From: an uncultured Collinsella sp. | Lineage (GTDB): Bacteria; Actinomycetota; Coriobacteriia; Coriobacteriales; Coriobacteriaceae | Length of the DNA stretch: 64,000 nucleotides | Assembly (NCBI GenBank): GCA_937989885.1 | Contig: CALKBP010000035.1 | Location: forward strand, 5,427 to 69,426 | Reading direction: 5' to 3' | Part shown: positions 46,984-55,832 of the stretch, in pieces | Numbering within the stretch: position 1 is the stretch's first letter | Layout: each line of letters opens with the position of its first letter | The notes under the pieces: generated by a model | What the model saw: the letters and a program-made list of their open reading frames with translations, nothing else | Database searches by the model: none | Told to the model about the DNA's origin: nothing | Translations under genes and position numbers: made by a program

Positions 46984-47808
46984 ATGAAGAACACTCAGCT
47001 GCTGCTGATCAACGATATGTGCGGATACGGCAAGGTCGCGCTTTCCGCCATGCTGCCGGTGCTGTCGCACATGGGCTACCGTATCCATAACCTGCCGACG
47101 GCACTTGTGTCCGATACGCTCAACTATCCCAAGTTCTACATCCACGACACCACCGAGTACGTGCGCCAAAGCCTCGCTATCTGGGAGGAGCTCGGCTTTG
47201 AGTTCGACGCCATCTCGACCGGCTTTATCGTGACCGAGGAAGAGACGCGCATCATCTCGGACTTTTGCCACCGCCGTGCGCAAAAGGGCACCAAGGTGTT
47301 CGTTGACCCCATCATGGGCGACAACGGCAAGCTCTATGCGGGCGTGCCCGAGTCCACAATCGGTCTCATGAGGCACCTGCTCGAGTGCGCCGACTACGCG
47401 GTTCCCAACTACACCGAGGCCTGTTTGCTCACCGACACGCCTATCGTCGAGCAAATTACGCCCGATGAGGCCCGCGCCCTTGTGGACGCTGTGCGCGAGC
47501 TGGGTGCCAAGTCGGTGGTCATTACGAGCGCCGTAGTCAATGGCACGAACGCGGTTATTGGTTACGACCATGTGGCGGGGGAGTACTTTACGATTCCCTT
47601 TGAGCTCATTCCGGTCTATTTCCCGGGCACGGGCGACACGTTCTCGGCGGTGCTCGTCGGCCGCGTTATGGCAGGCTGGAGTCTGCAGCGCGCGACGTCC
47701 GATGCCATGCGCGTGGTGGCAGAGCTTATCGAACGCAATGCCGACCAAGAGGACAAATCGGCCGGCCTTCCCATCGAGGCCTGCCTGGATGTGATCGACC
47801 ATGAGTAA
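46984..47808 (+). CDS. pdxK: Pyridoxal/pyridoxamine kinase (PdxK/PdxY, ribokinase superfamily)
   Basis: N-terminal LLINDMCGYGKVALSAMLPVLSHMGY and C-terminal GTGDTFSAVL motifs characteristic of PdxK/PdxY. Confidence 0.7.
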   Translation: MKNTQLLLINDMCGYGKVALSAMLPVLSHMGYRIHNLPTALVSDTLNYPKFYIHDTTEYVRQSLAIWEELGFEFDAISTGFIVTEEETRIISDFCHRRAQKGTKVFVDPIMGDNGKLYAGVPESTIGLMRHLLECADYAVPNYTEACLLTDTPIVEQITPDEARALVDAVRELGAKSVVITSAVVNGTNAVIGYDHVAGEYFTIPFELIPVYFPGTGDTFSAVLVGRVMAGWSLQRATSDAMRVVAELIERNADQEDKSAGLPIEACLDVIDHE

Positions 47809-48130
47809 CGCCGGCGAGGGCGGCATCAGGCCTGCGGGCGAGAGCAAGCCGCTCGGCGCGTCGCGTGGCAAGCGTCCGCGTATCCGCGTGAGCTGCGTGG
47901 ACCAGCTGGGTGCGTGCCGTTGTCACCATGGTCACAAGCCCGGCGACGTTTTTGACTTCGACCGAGACCGCGGCAAGATGTGCGCCATGGCCTGCCATGT
48001 GGGCTTTCCCTATATCGATATCCTGCGCTATGGCGGGACCGTGCCTGGAAACGAGCCCGGCGCGGCAAAGTTCTGCTGCCCCGAAGTCGATACACTGAAC
48101 GTCTGGCTTGCCGAGATCGTTGACGAGTAG
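47801..48130 (+). CDS. Small Cys/His-rich protein of unknown function (possibly TIGR04076-like)
   Basis: 109 aa with clustered C/H (CVDQLGACRCHHGHKPGDVFDF..., CAMACHVGFPY, FCCPEV). Start overlaps the pdxK stop by 8 nt (ATGA-type coupling). Family assignment from memory only. Confidence 0.45.
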   Translation: MSNAGEGGIRPAGESKPLGASRGKRPRIRVSCVDQLGACRCHHGHKPGDVFDFDRDRGKMCAMACHVGFPYIDILRYGGTVPGNEPGAAKFCCPEVDTLNVWLAEIVDE

Positions 48131-48138
48131 TCGAGCGC

Positions 48139-48170
48139 AATGTGGCAAAGGGACAGCCCCTTTGCCACAT
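48139..48170. repeat. REP-like palindrome family 2, copy 4 (aatgtggcaaagggacagcccctttgccacatt, perfect)
   Basis: Read directly. Confidence 0.7.
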
Positions 48171-48211
48171 TCGCCGGTGGTGCCCCTTCTTTTGCTTATA
48201 ATCTCAAATCT

Positions 48212-48292
48212 CTGCATTTCATTTGATTTTAGGTTCTAAAATTCTGCGTTTCATCGATAATCAAGCGTATAAAACTTTGCATTTCATTTGAT
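48212..48292. promoter_or_regulatory. Three direct repeats ctgcatttcatttgat / ctgcgtttcatcgat / ttgcatttcatttgat (~33-bp spacing) immediately upstream of AAA+/nuclease paralog 2
   Basis: Read directly; the last repeat ends 20 bp before ATG 48312. Confidence 0.5.
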
Positions 48293-48311
48293 GACACTGA
48301 GGAGAGAGCCT

Positions 48312-49673
48312 ATGCTGCGCAGGAAAATAGCGGCAGAGCTGGAGCGTTGGCTGAAGTCTTCCGAGCAAAAGGCCTTGTTCATTACGGGTTCTCGCCAGAT
48401 TGGCAAAAGCTATTCGATTCGCGCATTTGGCAAAGCCAACCATGCAACCTACATCGAGCTTAACCTCATGGAAAACCGCCAGGCAAAAGATGCTCTTCTC
48501 GAGGCGCGGGATGCCGATGATTTCATCAGCAGGGTGACGCTTCTTTCGGGAAAGTCGATTGCACCAGGCAAAACGCTCGTGTTTATCGATGAGGTCCAAG
48601 AGGCCCCCGACATCATGACGATGGCAAAGTTCCTTGTTGAGGACGGGAGGTGCCGTTGGGCGTTTTCGGGGTCAATGCTCGGGACCCAGTTCAAGGGCGT
48701 CAGGTCCTATCCCGTGGGGTATGTCCACGAGCTTAGGATGTTCCCGCTCGATTTTGAGGAGTTTTGCTGGGCAATCGGGGTGAGCGAGGGGGCTCGCCAA
48801 ACGATACGTGACGCCTGTATCAGCGAGAGGCCCATTCCTGATTACATTCATGACGCGATGATGGCAAACTTCAGGACCTATACCGTTGTCGGCGGAATGC
48901 CGGAGGTCGTGCAGCGTTTCCTTGACACGCGGGGCGACCTTGCCTCTGTTCGTCAGCTGCAGTCAGAGCTCAACGAACAGTACCGGCGGGATATCTCCAA
49001 GTATGCAAGCGGGCGAGCCCTTCAGGCGCAGAGCATCTACGATCAGCTCCCTATTATGCTCGAGGGCGAAAACAAGCGCTTCGTGCTCAATTCCATTGAC
49101 CCTAAGGCGCACTACGAGAAGTATCAGCGAGATTTTGTATGGCTTGTCGATGCCGGCGTTGCTCTCAAAGCCGATATCGTAACCGAGCCAAAATCGCCCC
49201 TGCTCAAGACGGCACGACCATCGCAGTTCAAGCTATATCAATCGGATACGGGCATGTTGATGGCGCGCTACCCCGTTGGAGTCGCCCAAGCGGCGTATCT
49301 TGATAGCAAGGAGCCCAACCTGGGCGGCATTTACGAAAACGTGGTGGCCCAGCAGCTGGCTGCCCAAAACCGCCAGCTTTACTACTATCAGACAAAAAAG
49401 CGCGGTGAAGTGGACTTTGTGGTCGATGGGCCGGATGGGACGGCTGTTCCGATCGAGGTTAAATCGGGCTCCTATTACCACGCGCACGCTGCGCTCGGTC
49501 ATGTGCTTGATACGGCTGAATATGGCGTAAGGCTCGGGATTGTTTTCTCGAGAGGGAACGTTGAGCGCAACGGAGCGGTTCTCTATTTGCCGCTATATGC
49601 GACCTGGGCCCTTTCGGATGTTTTGGGCGACTCCTGTGCCGAGGGGATAAAGTTGGAGGTCAAGCCGGTCTAG
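48312..49673 (+). CDS. AAA+ ATPase fused to a C-terminal PD-(D/E)xK-like domain (AAA_14 + DUF4143 architecture), paralog 2
   Basis: Walker A ITGSRQIGKSYS; C-terminal GEVDFVVDGPDGTAVPIEVKSG (D..E-V-K). ATG 48312 after ggagagagcc. Confidence 0.7.
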   Translation: MLRRKIAAELERWLKSSEQKALFITGSRQIGKSYSIRAFGKANHATYIELNLMENRQAKDALLEARDADDFISRVTLLSGKSIAPGKTLVFIDEVQEAPDIMTMAKFLVEDGRCRWAFSGSMLGTQFKGVRSYPVGYVHELRMFPLDFEEFCWAIGVSEGARQTIRDACISERPIPDYIHDAMMANFRTYTVVGGMPEVVQRFLDTRGDLASVRQLQSELNEQYRRDISKYASGRALQAQSIYDQLPIMLEGENKRFVLNSIDPKAHYEKYQRDFVWLVDAGVALKADIVTEPKSPLLKTARPSQFKLYQSDTGMLMARYPVGVAQAAYLDSKEPNLGGIYENVVAQQLAAQNRQLYYYQTKKRGEVDFVVDGPDGTAVPIEVKSGSYYHAHAALGHVLDTAEYGVRLGIVFSRGNVERNGAVLYLPLYATWALSDVLGDSCAEGIKLEVKPV

Positions 49674-49685
49674 GGCCAGTCCCGG

Positions 49686-49716
49686 ATGTGACAAAGGGAC
49701 AGTACCTTTGCCACAT
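49686..49716. repeat. REP-like palindrome family 2, copy 5 (atgtgacaaagggacagtacctttgccacat)
   Basis: Read directly; 13 bp after the AAA+ gene stop. Confidence 0.65.
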
Positions 49717-49730
49717 TCATAAGCGTGGAT

Positions 49731-49833
49731 TTATGAGCGTGGATTTTCTCCCACCGAGATAACGAGCGTGGATTTTCTTCCGTTTAGAGCGCACTCGAAC
49801 GCTCAAAGTGGGAGAAAATCCACGCTCGTTTTA
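49731..49833. repeat. Three direct copies of gagcgtggattt(tct) plus one inverted copy, forming a long hairpin that ends in tttt (complex terminator-like structure)
   Basis: gagcgtggattttcttcc ... gggagaaaatccacgctcg followed by tttta. The 28-nt loop contains its own small palindrome gagcgcactcgaacgctc. Confidence 0.5.
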
Positions 49834-49873
49834 TGCCGATGGCGTGGCCCGTGTGTCCGCGCCGCCCGAGCGC

Positions 49874-50320
49874 CTACAGCTGCTCAAGCATAGCGGTGCA
49901 ACCGGCGAGTACATCGCGGTAGGTGGCGTCGAAATTGCCGGTGTACCAGGGATCGGCCACGTCGCCGGGGCGATCGGTCCAATCGAGCAAGCGCGTAATC
50001 TTGACGTCGGGGTCGTCGCCAAAAATGCGACGCAGGCCGCGCGCGTTCTCAGCATCCATATATACAATGTGGTCCCAGTCGCCATACTCCGCGCGACGCA
50101 CCTGGCGGGCACGGTGCGCGACGACGGGAATCCCGACTTCGCGCAGCTTGGCGACCGTGCCATGATGCGGCGGGTTGCCAAGCTCCTCGGTCGAGGTCGC
50201 AGCGGAATCGATGACAAACTCCGTCTCGCGCCCGGCGCGCCGCACCAGCTCGGTAAACACCGACTCAGCCATCGTCGAGCGACAGATGTTGCCATGGCAG
50301 ATAAAAAGAACGCGTTGCAC
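49874..50320 (-). CDS. Low-molecular-weight protein-tyrosine phosphatase (arsenate reductase/LMW-PTP fold)
   Basis: P-loop VLFICHGNICRS (CX5R) at the N-terminus, DP motif (DVADPWY) near the C-terminus. Confidence 0.8.
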   Translation of the reverse strand: MQRVLFICHGNICRSTMAESVFTELVRRAGRETEFVIDSAATSTEELGNPPHHGTVAKLREVGIPVVAHRARQVRRAEYGDWDHIVYMDAENARGLRRIFGDDPDVKITRLLDWTDRPGDVADPWYTGNFDATYRDVLAGCTAMLEQL

Positions 50321-50628
50321 AGGGTTTCCTTTCTAGACAGGGCCGTACGGCCTGCGGTGGCACTGTAACACAGCCCTTTCCAATGAAGCCAACTGCGCAG
50401 AGTGGAGGATGACGCAGCTCACGCCCACCGTCTGATGTAAAGCGGGCAAAAACGTTTTCCACGAAGACAGGGGTGCTCAAGATTTCATGTGTTCCAGATA
50501 CATGAAATCGAAGAAAAACGTGTATCTGAAATACACGAAATTGCACTGCTGAAGCTTCCAGGCGGATAAACACTACTCGTATGGGACGGTTTTCATCGGT
50601 TGCTCGCCACCTTGGGCTATGTTCGCTC

Positions 50629-51930
50629 CTATGCCTGCATCCGGGGCTGTGCTGATTGACGCTTGCGCTCCCAGCGAGCCAACTTAATCGTCACCAGTGT
50701 GAGGGCCCAGGCCACAAGCGAGAACGCGGCGCCCACTGCGCCCACGTACGCAATGCCAATGCTGCTTACCACGGCGCCGCCCACTGCGGTGCCAAACGAA
50801 ATGCCGATATTAAATGCCATGGGCTCAACCGAACTTGCGAGTACCATCGACTTGGGATGGCGGCTGCGTGCCACGTCCATAAAGTGCGTGATGCACGACA
50901 CCGAGAACAGGTACATGAGTAGCGCCAAGCTAAAGACAAAGACCAGCGCGAGCGGCATGGTGCCGCCCACAGCAAACAGCCCGAGTAACGCCGCGGCCTG
51001 CAGCACAAACGTCACAAGCAGTGCCTTCATGCCAAAGCGCGCGTCGATCCATCCGCCCAGGATGTTCGAGATCAGGCAGAACACGCCGTAGGCCATAAGC
51101 GTGGTACTGGCTTGGACCGTGCCCATGCCCAGCACCTGCTCAAGATAAGGCGTCACGTAGCCGTAGAACACATAGACCGAGCCCACGCCAAACAAGAAGA
51201 TGAGCATGCCGGTGATGATGCTCGGCTCGCGTAGCAGCCCCGCCTGCTCGCGGAAGGTGGCGGGCTCATCGGTCTGCCCGGCGCGAGGCATAAACGCCAC
51301 GAGCGCTCCGCAGATCAGAACGGCAAAGGTCAGCGTGCCGTACATGGCTACGTGCCAATCGAGCGTGTCGGCTACAAACTTGCCGATCGAAGTGACAAAG
51401 ACCATTGCCACGGAAAACGCACCATATACCACCGAGATGGCAAGCGAAGTTTGCTGCGGGGACAGAAGCTCAGGAATGTACGTCACGCCCACGGCGAGCA
51501 GCGCACCCGAGACAGAGCCCAGGACAATGCGCGAGGCGAACAGCACTTGAAAGTTGGGCGCCAACGCCATGACTAGGTTGCCGAGCACAAAGACGATGCT
51601 GTAGCACACGAGCAGCTGGTAGCGGCGGAAGCGCCCCGTGCTGAGCGCAAGTACCGGCGTGGCGATAGCGTAGACGAGCGCGAATACGCTGATGAGCTGG
51701 CCTGCGGTGGCAAGCGATATGCCGAGCTCCGTCGCCAGGTCGCTCTCGATGCCGATGACCACGAACTCGGAGCAGCCGAGCGAGAATCCCAACAGCACGA
51801 GCAGCGCCAGGCAGAGCTTGGTGCGCGCGGGGGAGAGCGCGGCGGCGGTTGGCTTACTTTTAGGCGTGGTTGCGGCGGTCAAGGTTGTCACTCCAATGTC
51901 GCATGAATAAGCTGAATTCAGTCCCTGCAA
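50629..51930 (-). CDS. MFS transporter (DHA1-like efflux)
   Basis: 12 TM helices, typical MFS loop motifs; ~40-aa N-terminal leader before TM1. Confidence 0.65.
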   Translation of the reverse strand: MQGLNSAYSCDIGVTTLTAATTPKSKPTAAALSPARTKLCLALLVLLGFSLGCSEFVVIGIESDLATELGISLATAGQLISVFALVYAIATPVLALSTGRFRRYQLLVCYSIVFVLGNLVMALAPNFQVLFASRIVLGSVSGALLAVGVTYIPELLSPQQTSLAISVVYGAFSVAMVFVTSIGKFVADTLDWHVAMYGTLTFAVLICGALVAFMPRAGQTDEPATFREQAGLLREPSIITGMLIFLFGVGSVYVFYGYVTPYLEQVLGMGTVQASTTLMAYGVFCLISNILGGWIDARFGMKALLVTFVLQAAALLGLFAVGGTMPLALVFVFSLALLMYLFSVSCITHFMDVARSRHPKSMVLASSVEPMAFNIGISFGTAVGGAVVSSIGIAYVGAVGAAFSLVAWALTLVTIKLARWERKRQSAQPRMQA

Positions 51931-52136
51931 CTATACCAGAATGTGTCAGGTGCCCGCCCCCTTTGTCGCAGGCTGCGCTTGCCTGTATAGTCGCAATGCA
52001 GGCGAAGATGGTCTCAGGTACATCGCGGGCGACAGGAGATCCCGTGGGCATGCACACGACAAAGGTTGCAGTGGGCGAGGGCAAGTTTGCGCTCGAGGAG
52101 GCCCTCGAGGCCCCCTCCATTCGCGTTGCCCTCGCG

Positions 52137-52168
52137 ATGTGACAAAGGGACAGTCCTTTTGTCACATT
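52137..52168. repeat. REP-like palindrome family 2, copy 6 (atgtgacaaagggacagtccttttgtcacat)
   Basis: Read directly. Confidence 0.65.
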
Positions 52169-52174
52169 CCATTC

Positions 52175-52247
52175 CTTAGAAACTTGCAAATTCTGCAAGT
52201 TTCTAAGGTAACATCTTATAAACTTGCAAAAAATGCAAGTTTATAAG
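52175..52247. promoter_or_regulatory. Two tandem perfect 33-bp palindromes (cttagaaacttgcaaattctgcaagtttctaag and cttataaacttgcaaaaaatgcaagtttataag) upstream of AAA+/nuclease paralog 3
   Basis: Read directly; operator-like, AT-rich relative to the genome. Ends ~33 bp before ATG 52281. Confidence 0.55.
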
Positions 52248-52280
52248 GTTTCATGTCTGGTCGGGCGCTAGGGAGACTCT

Positions 52281-53597
52281 ATGGATATCGTTCGCCGAAG
52301 CCGTTATCTTGATCGACTCATTGCTTTTCAGGATACCGACCTCATCAAAATCGTGACGGGCATACGCCGTTGTGGCAAATCAACGTTATTGGACATGATG
52401 AGGGACTATCTGGCGCAACAGGGGGTGCCAGCCGAGCGTTTGCTGACCTTTAAGATGGAATCTCTAGAGTACGCGGGAATTACGGATTATCTGACGTTTT
52501 ATCGTATGGTTCGGGAGCGCATCGACGGCATCGATCATCCCTACCTGTTCTTTGACGAGCTCCAGAATGTCGAAGGTTGGGAAAAGGCAGTCAACTCGCT
52601 CCGAGTGGATTTGCCGTGCGATATCTATGTCACGGGCTCCAATGCCTTTTTGCTATCGAGCGAGCTCGCAACGCTTATCTCGGGCCGATATGTCGAGGTC
52701 AAGATGCAGCCTCTCACGTTTAGCGAATACCTTGTTTTTCGCTCGATTGATGCGGTCGCCGCTGAAGGGCTTGGTGAGAGGGTCGAACTCGTTTCCAAGA
52801 CGGGCGATCGCCTTAATTCAAATACCGTGCTTGAGCAGTACATAACCTATGGCGGCATGCCGTTTCTGGCCCATGATGAGCCGAGACGTGAGCTGTGTCG
52901 CGACTATATCCGTAGCCTTTACCAGACGATCGTCGCGCGCGATATCCTGTCGCGTGCGACGCGTAGGGGTCGCGGAGCTATCACCAAGCGCGATGTTCTC
53001 GAGCGGCTCTGTGCGTATCTGGCAGACAACATCTCCAACCAAACCTCGGTCAACAAAATCGTAGGGACGCTCAACGAATCGGCAGGCGGTAAGACCAACG
53101 CATCGACGGTGTCGGCATATATTGACGCTCTGGAAGAGACGTACCTGTTTACCAAAGTAAAAAGGTATGACATCAAGGGGCGGGAGCTTCTTAAGACAGG
53201 CGGTAAATTTTACATAGCTGATACGGGAATTCGCAGCTATCTTGACGGATATAGAGGTAGCGATAGCGGAAGGATGCTCGAGAACGTTATCTACAACCAG
53301 CTTGTATTTGAAGGATACGAAGTGTTTTGCGGCCATCTGCGCGCGGGGGAAATCGACTTTGTCGCAATCGGCGAGGGATCGGACCGCAAATATATCCAGG
53401 TTACCGAACGGATCGATGCCGAGGCGACGAGAGAACGCGAGCTGCGACCGCTCAAGCTAAGCACGCTAGGAAAAATTCCTGATTCGTATGAGAAGATCCT
53501 GATTGTCAGGGATGGCGACCATCCAACGGACATCGATGGCATCAGAATCGTGGGGGCAGTCGACTTCTTGTTGAGAAATAAGATTACCCGCGGCTAA
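52281..53597 (+). CDS. AAA+ ATPase fused to a C-terminal PD-(D/E)xK-like domain (AAA_14 + DUF4143 architecture), paralog 3
   Basis: Walker A VTGIRRCGKSTL; C-terminal GEIDFVAIGEGSDRKYIQVTER (D..Q-V-T variant). Confidence 0.7.
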   Translation: MDIVRRSRYLDRLIAFQDTDLIKIVTGIRRCGKSTLLDMMRDYLAQQGVPAERLLTFKMESLEYAGITDYLTFYRMVRERIDGIDHPYLFFDELQNVEGWEKAVNSLRVDLPCDIYVTGSNAFLLSSELATLISGRYVEVKMQPLTFSEYLVFRSIDAVAAEGLGERVELVSKTGDRLNSNTVLEQYITYGGMPFLAHDEPRRELCRDYIRSLYQTIVARDILSRATRRGRGAITKRDVLERLCAYLADNISNQTSVNKIVGTLNESAGGKTNASTVSAYIDALEETYLFTKVKRYDIKGRELLKTGGKFYIADTGIRSYLDGYRGSDSGRMLENVIYNQLVFEGYEVFCGHLRAGEIDFVAIGEGSDRKYIQVTERIDAEATRERELRPLKLSTLGKIPDSYEKILIVRDGDHPTDIDGIRIVGAVDFLLRNKITRG

Positions 53598-53618
53598 ACG
53601 CAAGCAGATTCGTTTCGA

Positions 53619-53649
53619 TGCGACAAAGGAGCAGCCCTTTTTCGCATTC
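53619..53649. repeat. REP-like palindrome family 2, copy 7 (atgcgacaaaggagcagccctttttcgcat, diverged)
   Basis: Read directly; 22 bp after the paralog 3 stop. Confidence 0.55.
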
Positions 53650-53723
53650 CGTGCGAGCCCTCGTGCCGTCTGAGGGTATAAGGCTAGCAAGTGTTTATTT
53701 GCGAGGCCTAAGGGGCGCCCCGT

Positions 53724-54581
53724 ATGGATATCGATAACTTTGAATGGTGGTATAGCGAGGGCGAGGCTCCGGACGAGGGGTGGGACGAGCCCGCGTCGCG
53801 TGACGTGTCGAGCGACGAGGACGAGACCGGCAACGATGCCGCTGTCGAGCCTGATGCCGCCGAGCCCCTAACCTTTGAACAGGCCTGGGCCCAGGCCGAG
53901 GCCGACGAGGCTAAGGCCGATGCCACGGCCACACTCGGTGAGCCGGCCGACATGTCCATCTCGCCGGCCAAGACCCCGCAGCCGCGCCATAACATCGACC
54001 CCGGCAGCACGGCATCCTTCAGCATTCTCGACGTGCCCGCGCAAGGCGCCCAGGCGCCTGCGCCCACGCATCGCCCCGACCTGGCTCGCGAGGAAGACGC
54101 GGGCCGCCGCTCACCACTCGGCCCCATCCTCATCGCCTTCATGGCCGGCGTCATCGCTTGCTCGGCGATCGGAAATGTCTGGAGCCATGTGGAGCAACAG
54201 CGCAAAGATGCTGCCAAGGTCGAGATGTCTGTCGAGCAATCGCTCAGCCGCACGCGTTCGGTGCATGTGTCGGTCGAGGTCAAGGACGGCGCGACGTGGG
54301 ACACCGCCCGCGGCGACAGCCAGATGCTCATCCACATCGTGGGCCGCGCACTCAGGGGGCAGGCGATTGACGAGTATCAATATGTCAACTCCGCTGGCGA
54401 CGGCATCGAACTCAAGCCCGGCGACTACGAGCTCACGGTCGACGAGCCGCCCGTCGCCACCGATGGCACGCGCTTCCGCGCCTCAAAGCGCATGGTTCCC
54501 GTGAGCTTTAACTCGCAGGCGCCCGATACGGTCGACAGCACGCCGCAGGGCGGATTCGACCTTTACGCAATCGCTCAATAA
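53724..54581 (+). CDS. Hypothetical single-pass membrane protein with acidic, disordered N-terminal domain
   Basis: N-terminal ~130 aa rich in D/E/A/P (MDIDNFEWWYSEGEAPDEGWDEP...), a single TM helix (LGPILIAFMAGVIACSAIGNVW), and a ~140-aa C-terminal extracytoplasmic domain with no recognisable motifs. Confidence 0.5.
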   Translation: MDIDNFEWWYSEGEAPDEGWDEPASRDVSSDEDETGNDAAVEPDAAEPLTFEQAWAQAEADEAKADATATLGEPADMSISPAKTPQPRHNIDPGSTASFSILDVPAQGAQAPAPTHRPDLAREEDAGRRSPLGPILIAFMAGVIACSAIGNVWSHVEQQRKDAAKVEMSVEQSLSRTRSVHVSVEVKDGATWDTARGDSQMLIHIVGRALRGQAIDEYQYVNSAGDGIELKPGDYELTVDEPPVATDGTRFRASKRMVPVSFNSQAPDTVDSTPQGGFDLYAIAQ

Positions 54582-54660
54582 CTGCGCCTGCCGCTTCTCC
54601 TTGCCGCCAAGAGTGGCACAATAGCCCTCGACACTATTGTTTACTTTTGGAGGAAGTAGC

Positions 54661-55554
54661 ATGTCCACCGTCACCACTATCAAGCGCGGCGGCCTCACCG
54701 CGGCCATCGATTCCATGGGAGCCCAGCTCACGAGCCTTGCCCTCGACGGCAACGAGTATCTGTGGCAGGGCGACCCGGCCTTTTGGGGCAAGCATGCGCC
54801 CATTCTGTTCCCCATCGTGGGCTCGCTGCGCAACAACACGGCGACGTCTGCGGCTGGCACCTGCGAGATGCCGCGCCACGGACTCGCGCGCATCGTCGAG
54901 CACAAGCTGGTCGAGGTCTCGGAGGACGGCTCCTCGGTAACTTACGAGATCACCGATACGCCCGAGTCGCTCAAGGCTTTCCCCTTCCACTTTAAGCTCA
55001 ACATGACCTATGCCCTAACCGGCGACGCCACGCTCACGCAGACCTTTGCCGTTGCGAACACCGGCGACGTAGAACTGCCGTTCTCGGTGGGCGGTCACCC
55101 TGCATTTAACGTGCCCGCTCCCGGTGCCGAGGACGAGGCATTCGAGGATTACGAGCTGGCATTTACCGAGGCTTGGACCAACGAGGCCCCCATCATCACG
55201 CCCGATGGCCTCATGACGTTCGAGGACAGCTACAAGGCTCCCGATAACTCGGACGTGCTGCCCATCACGCACCGCAGCTTCGATAACGATGCCATCATGT
55301 TCACCGATACCCCGGGTTCCACGCTCACGCTGCGCGGTCGCAAGTCGGGCCATGGCGTCAAGATCGACTTTGAGGGCTTTAAGTACATCGGCGTGTGGTC
55401 TGCTGCCAACGACGCCCCGTTTGTGGCGCTCGAGCCCTGGACCGGTCACACCACCATGGACACCGAGGACGACGTCTTTGAGCACAAGGTCAACACCATC
55501 ACGCTGGCGCCGGGCGAGACGGACGTCCGCAGCTTTAGCGTCACTTTGCTCTAG
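54661..55554 (+). CDS. Aldose 1-epimerase family protein (galactose mutarotase-like, LacX type)
   Basis: ATG 54661 after ggaggaag. Motifs PILFPIVGSLRNN, FHFKLNMTYAL and GGHPAFNVP are typical of the family. Confidence 0.7.
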   Translation: MSTVTTIKRGGLTAAIDSMGAQLTSLALDGNEYLWQGDPAFWGKHAPILFPIVGSLRNNTATSAAGTCEMPRHGLARIVEHKLVEVSEDGSSVTYEITDTPESLKAFPFHFKLNMTYALTGDATLTQTFAVANTGDVELPFSVGGHPAFNVPAPGAEDEAFEDYELAFTEAWTNEAPIITPDGLMTFEDSYKAPDNSDVLPITHRSFDNDAIMFTDTPGSTLTLRGRKSGHGVKIDFEGFKYIGVWSAANDAPFVALEPWTGHTTMDTEDDVFEHKVNTITLAPGETDVRSFSVTLL

Positions 55555-55555
55555 A

Positions 55556-55712
55556 GGTTCCGCCGTTCTGACGAACGGCGGGCCGGTCGACGCTGCGCGC
55601 CATCCAGGGCGACAATTTGTCATTCAAAAGGCACGGCATGACCAGAAGGTCTATGCCGTGCCTTTTTCATGCCAACTTGTTCGCTCTGGGTGGCGCTCGC
55701 TGGCATTGTCAA
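55556..55712. repeat. ~155-bp intergenic repeat containing a small hairpin (ggttccgccgttctgacgaacggcgggcc) and an intrinsic terminator (ggcacggcatgaccagaaggtctatgccgtgcc + ttttt); copy 1
   Basis: ~90% identical to 61579-61732. Confidence 0.7.
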
Positions 55713-55832
55713 AACATCGACGTTCCCAATGACTACCGTGTGTCTATTAATTTTTCGAGCTTGTGCTGCGCTGCTGGTCGGTGGCGTATCCTGTTAAGTC
55801 GTCAGCATACGATTCAACAGGGAAGGCAGATT

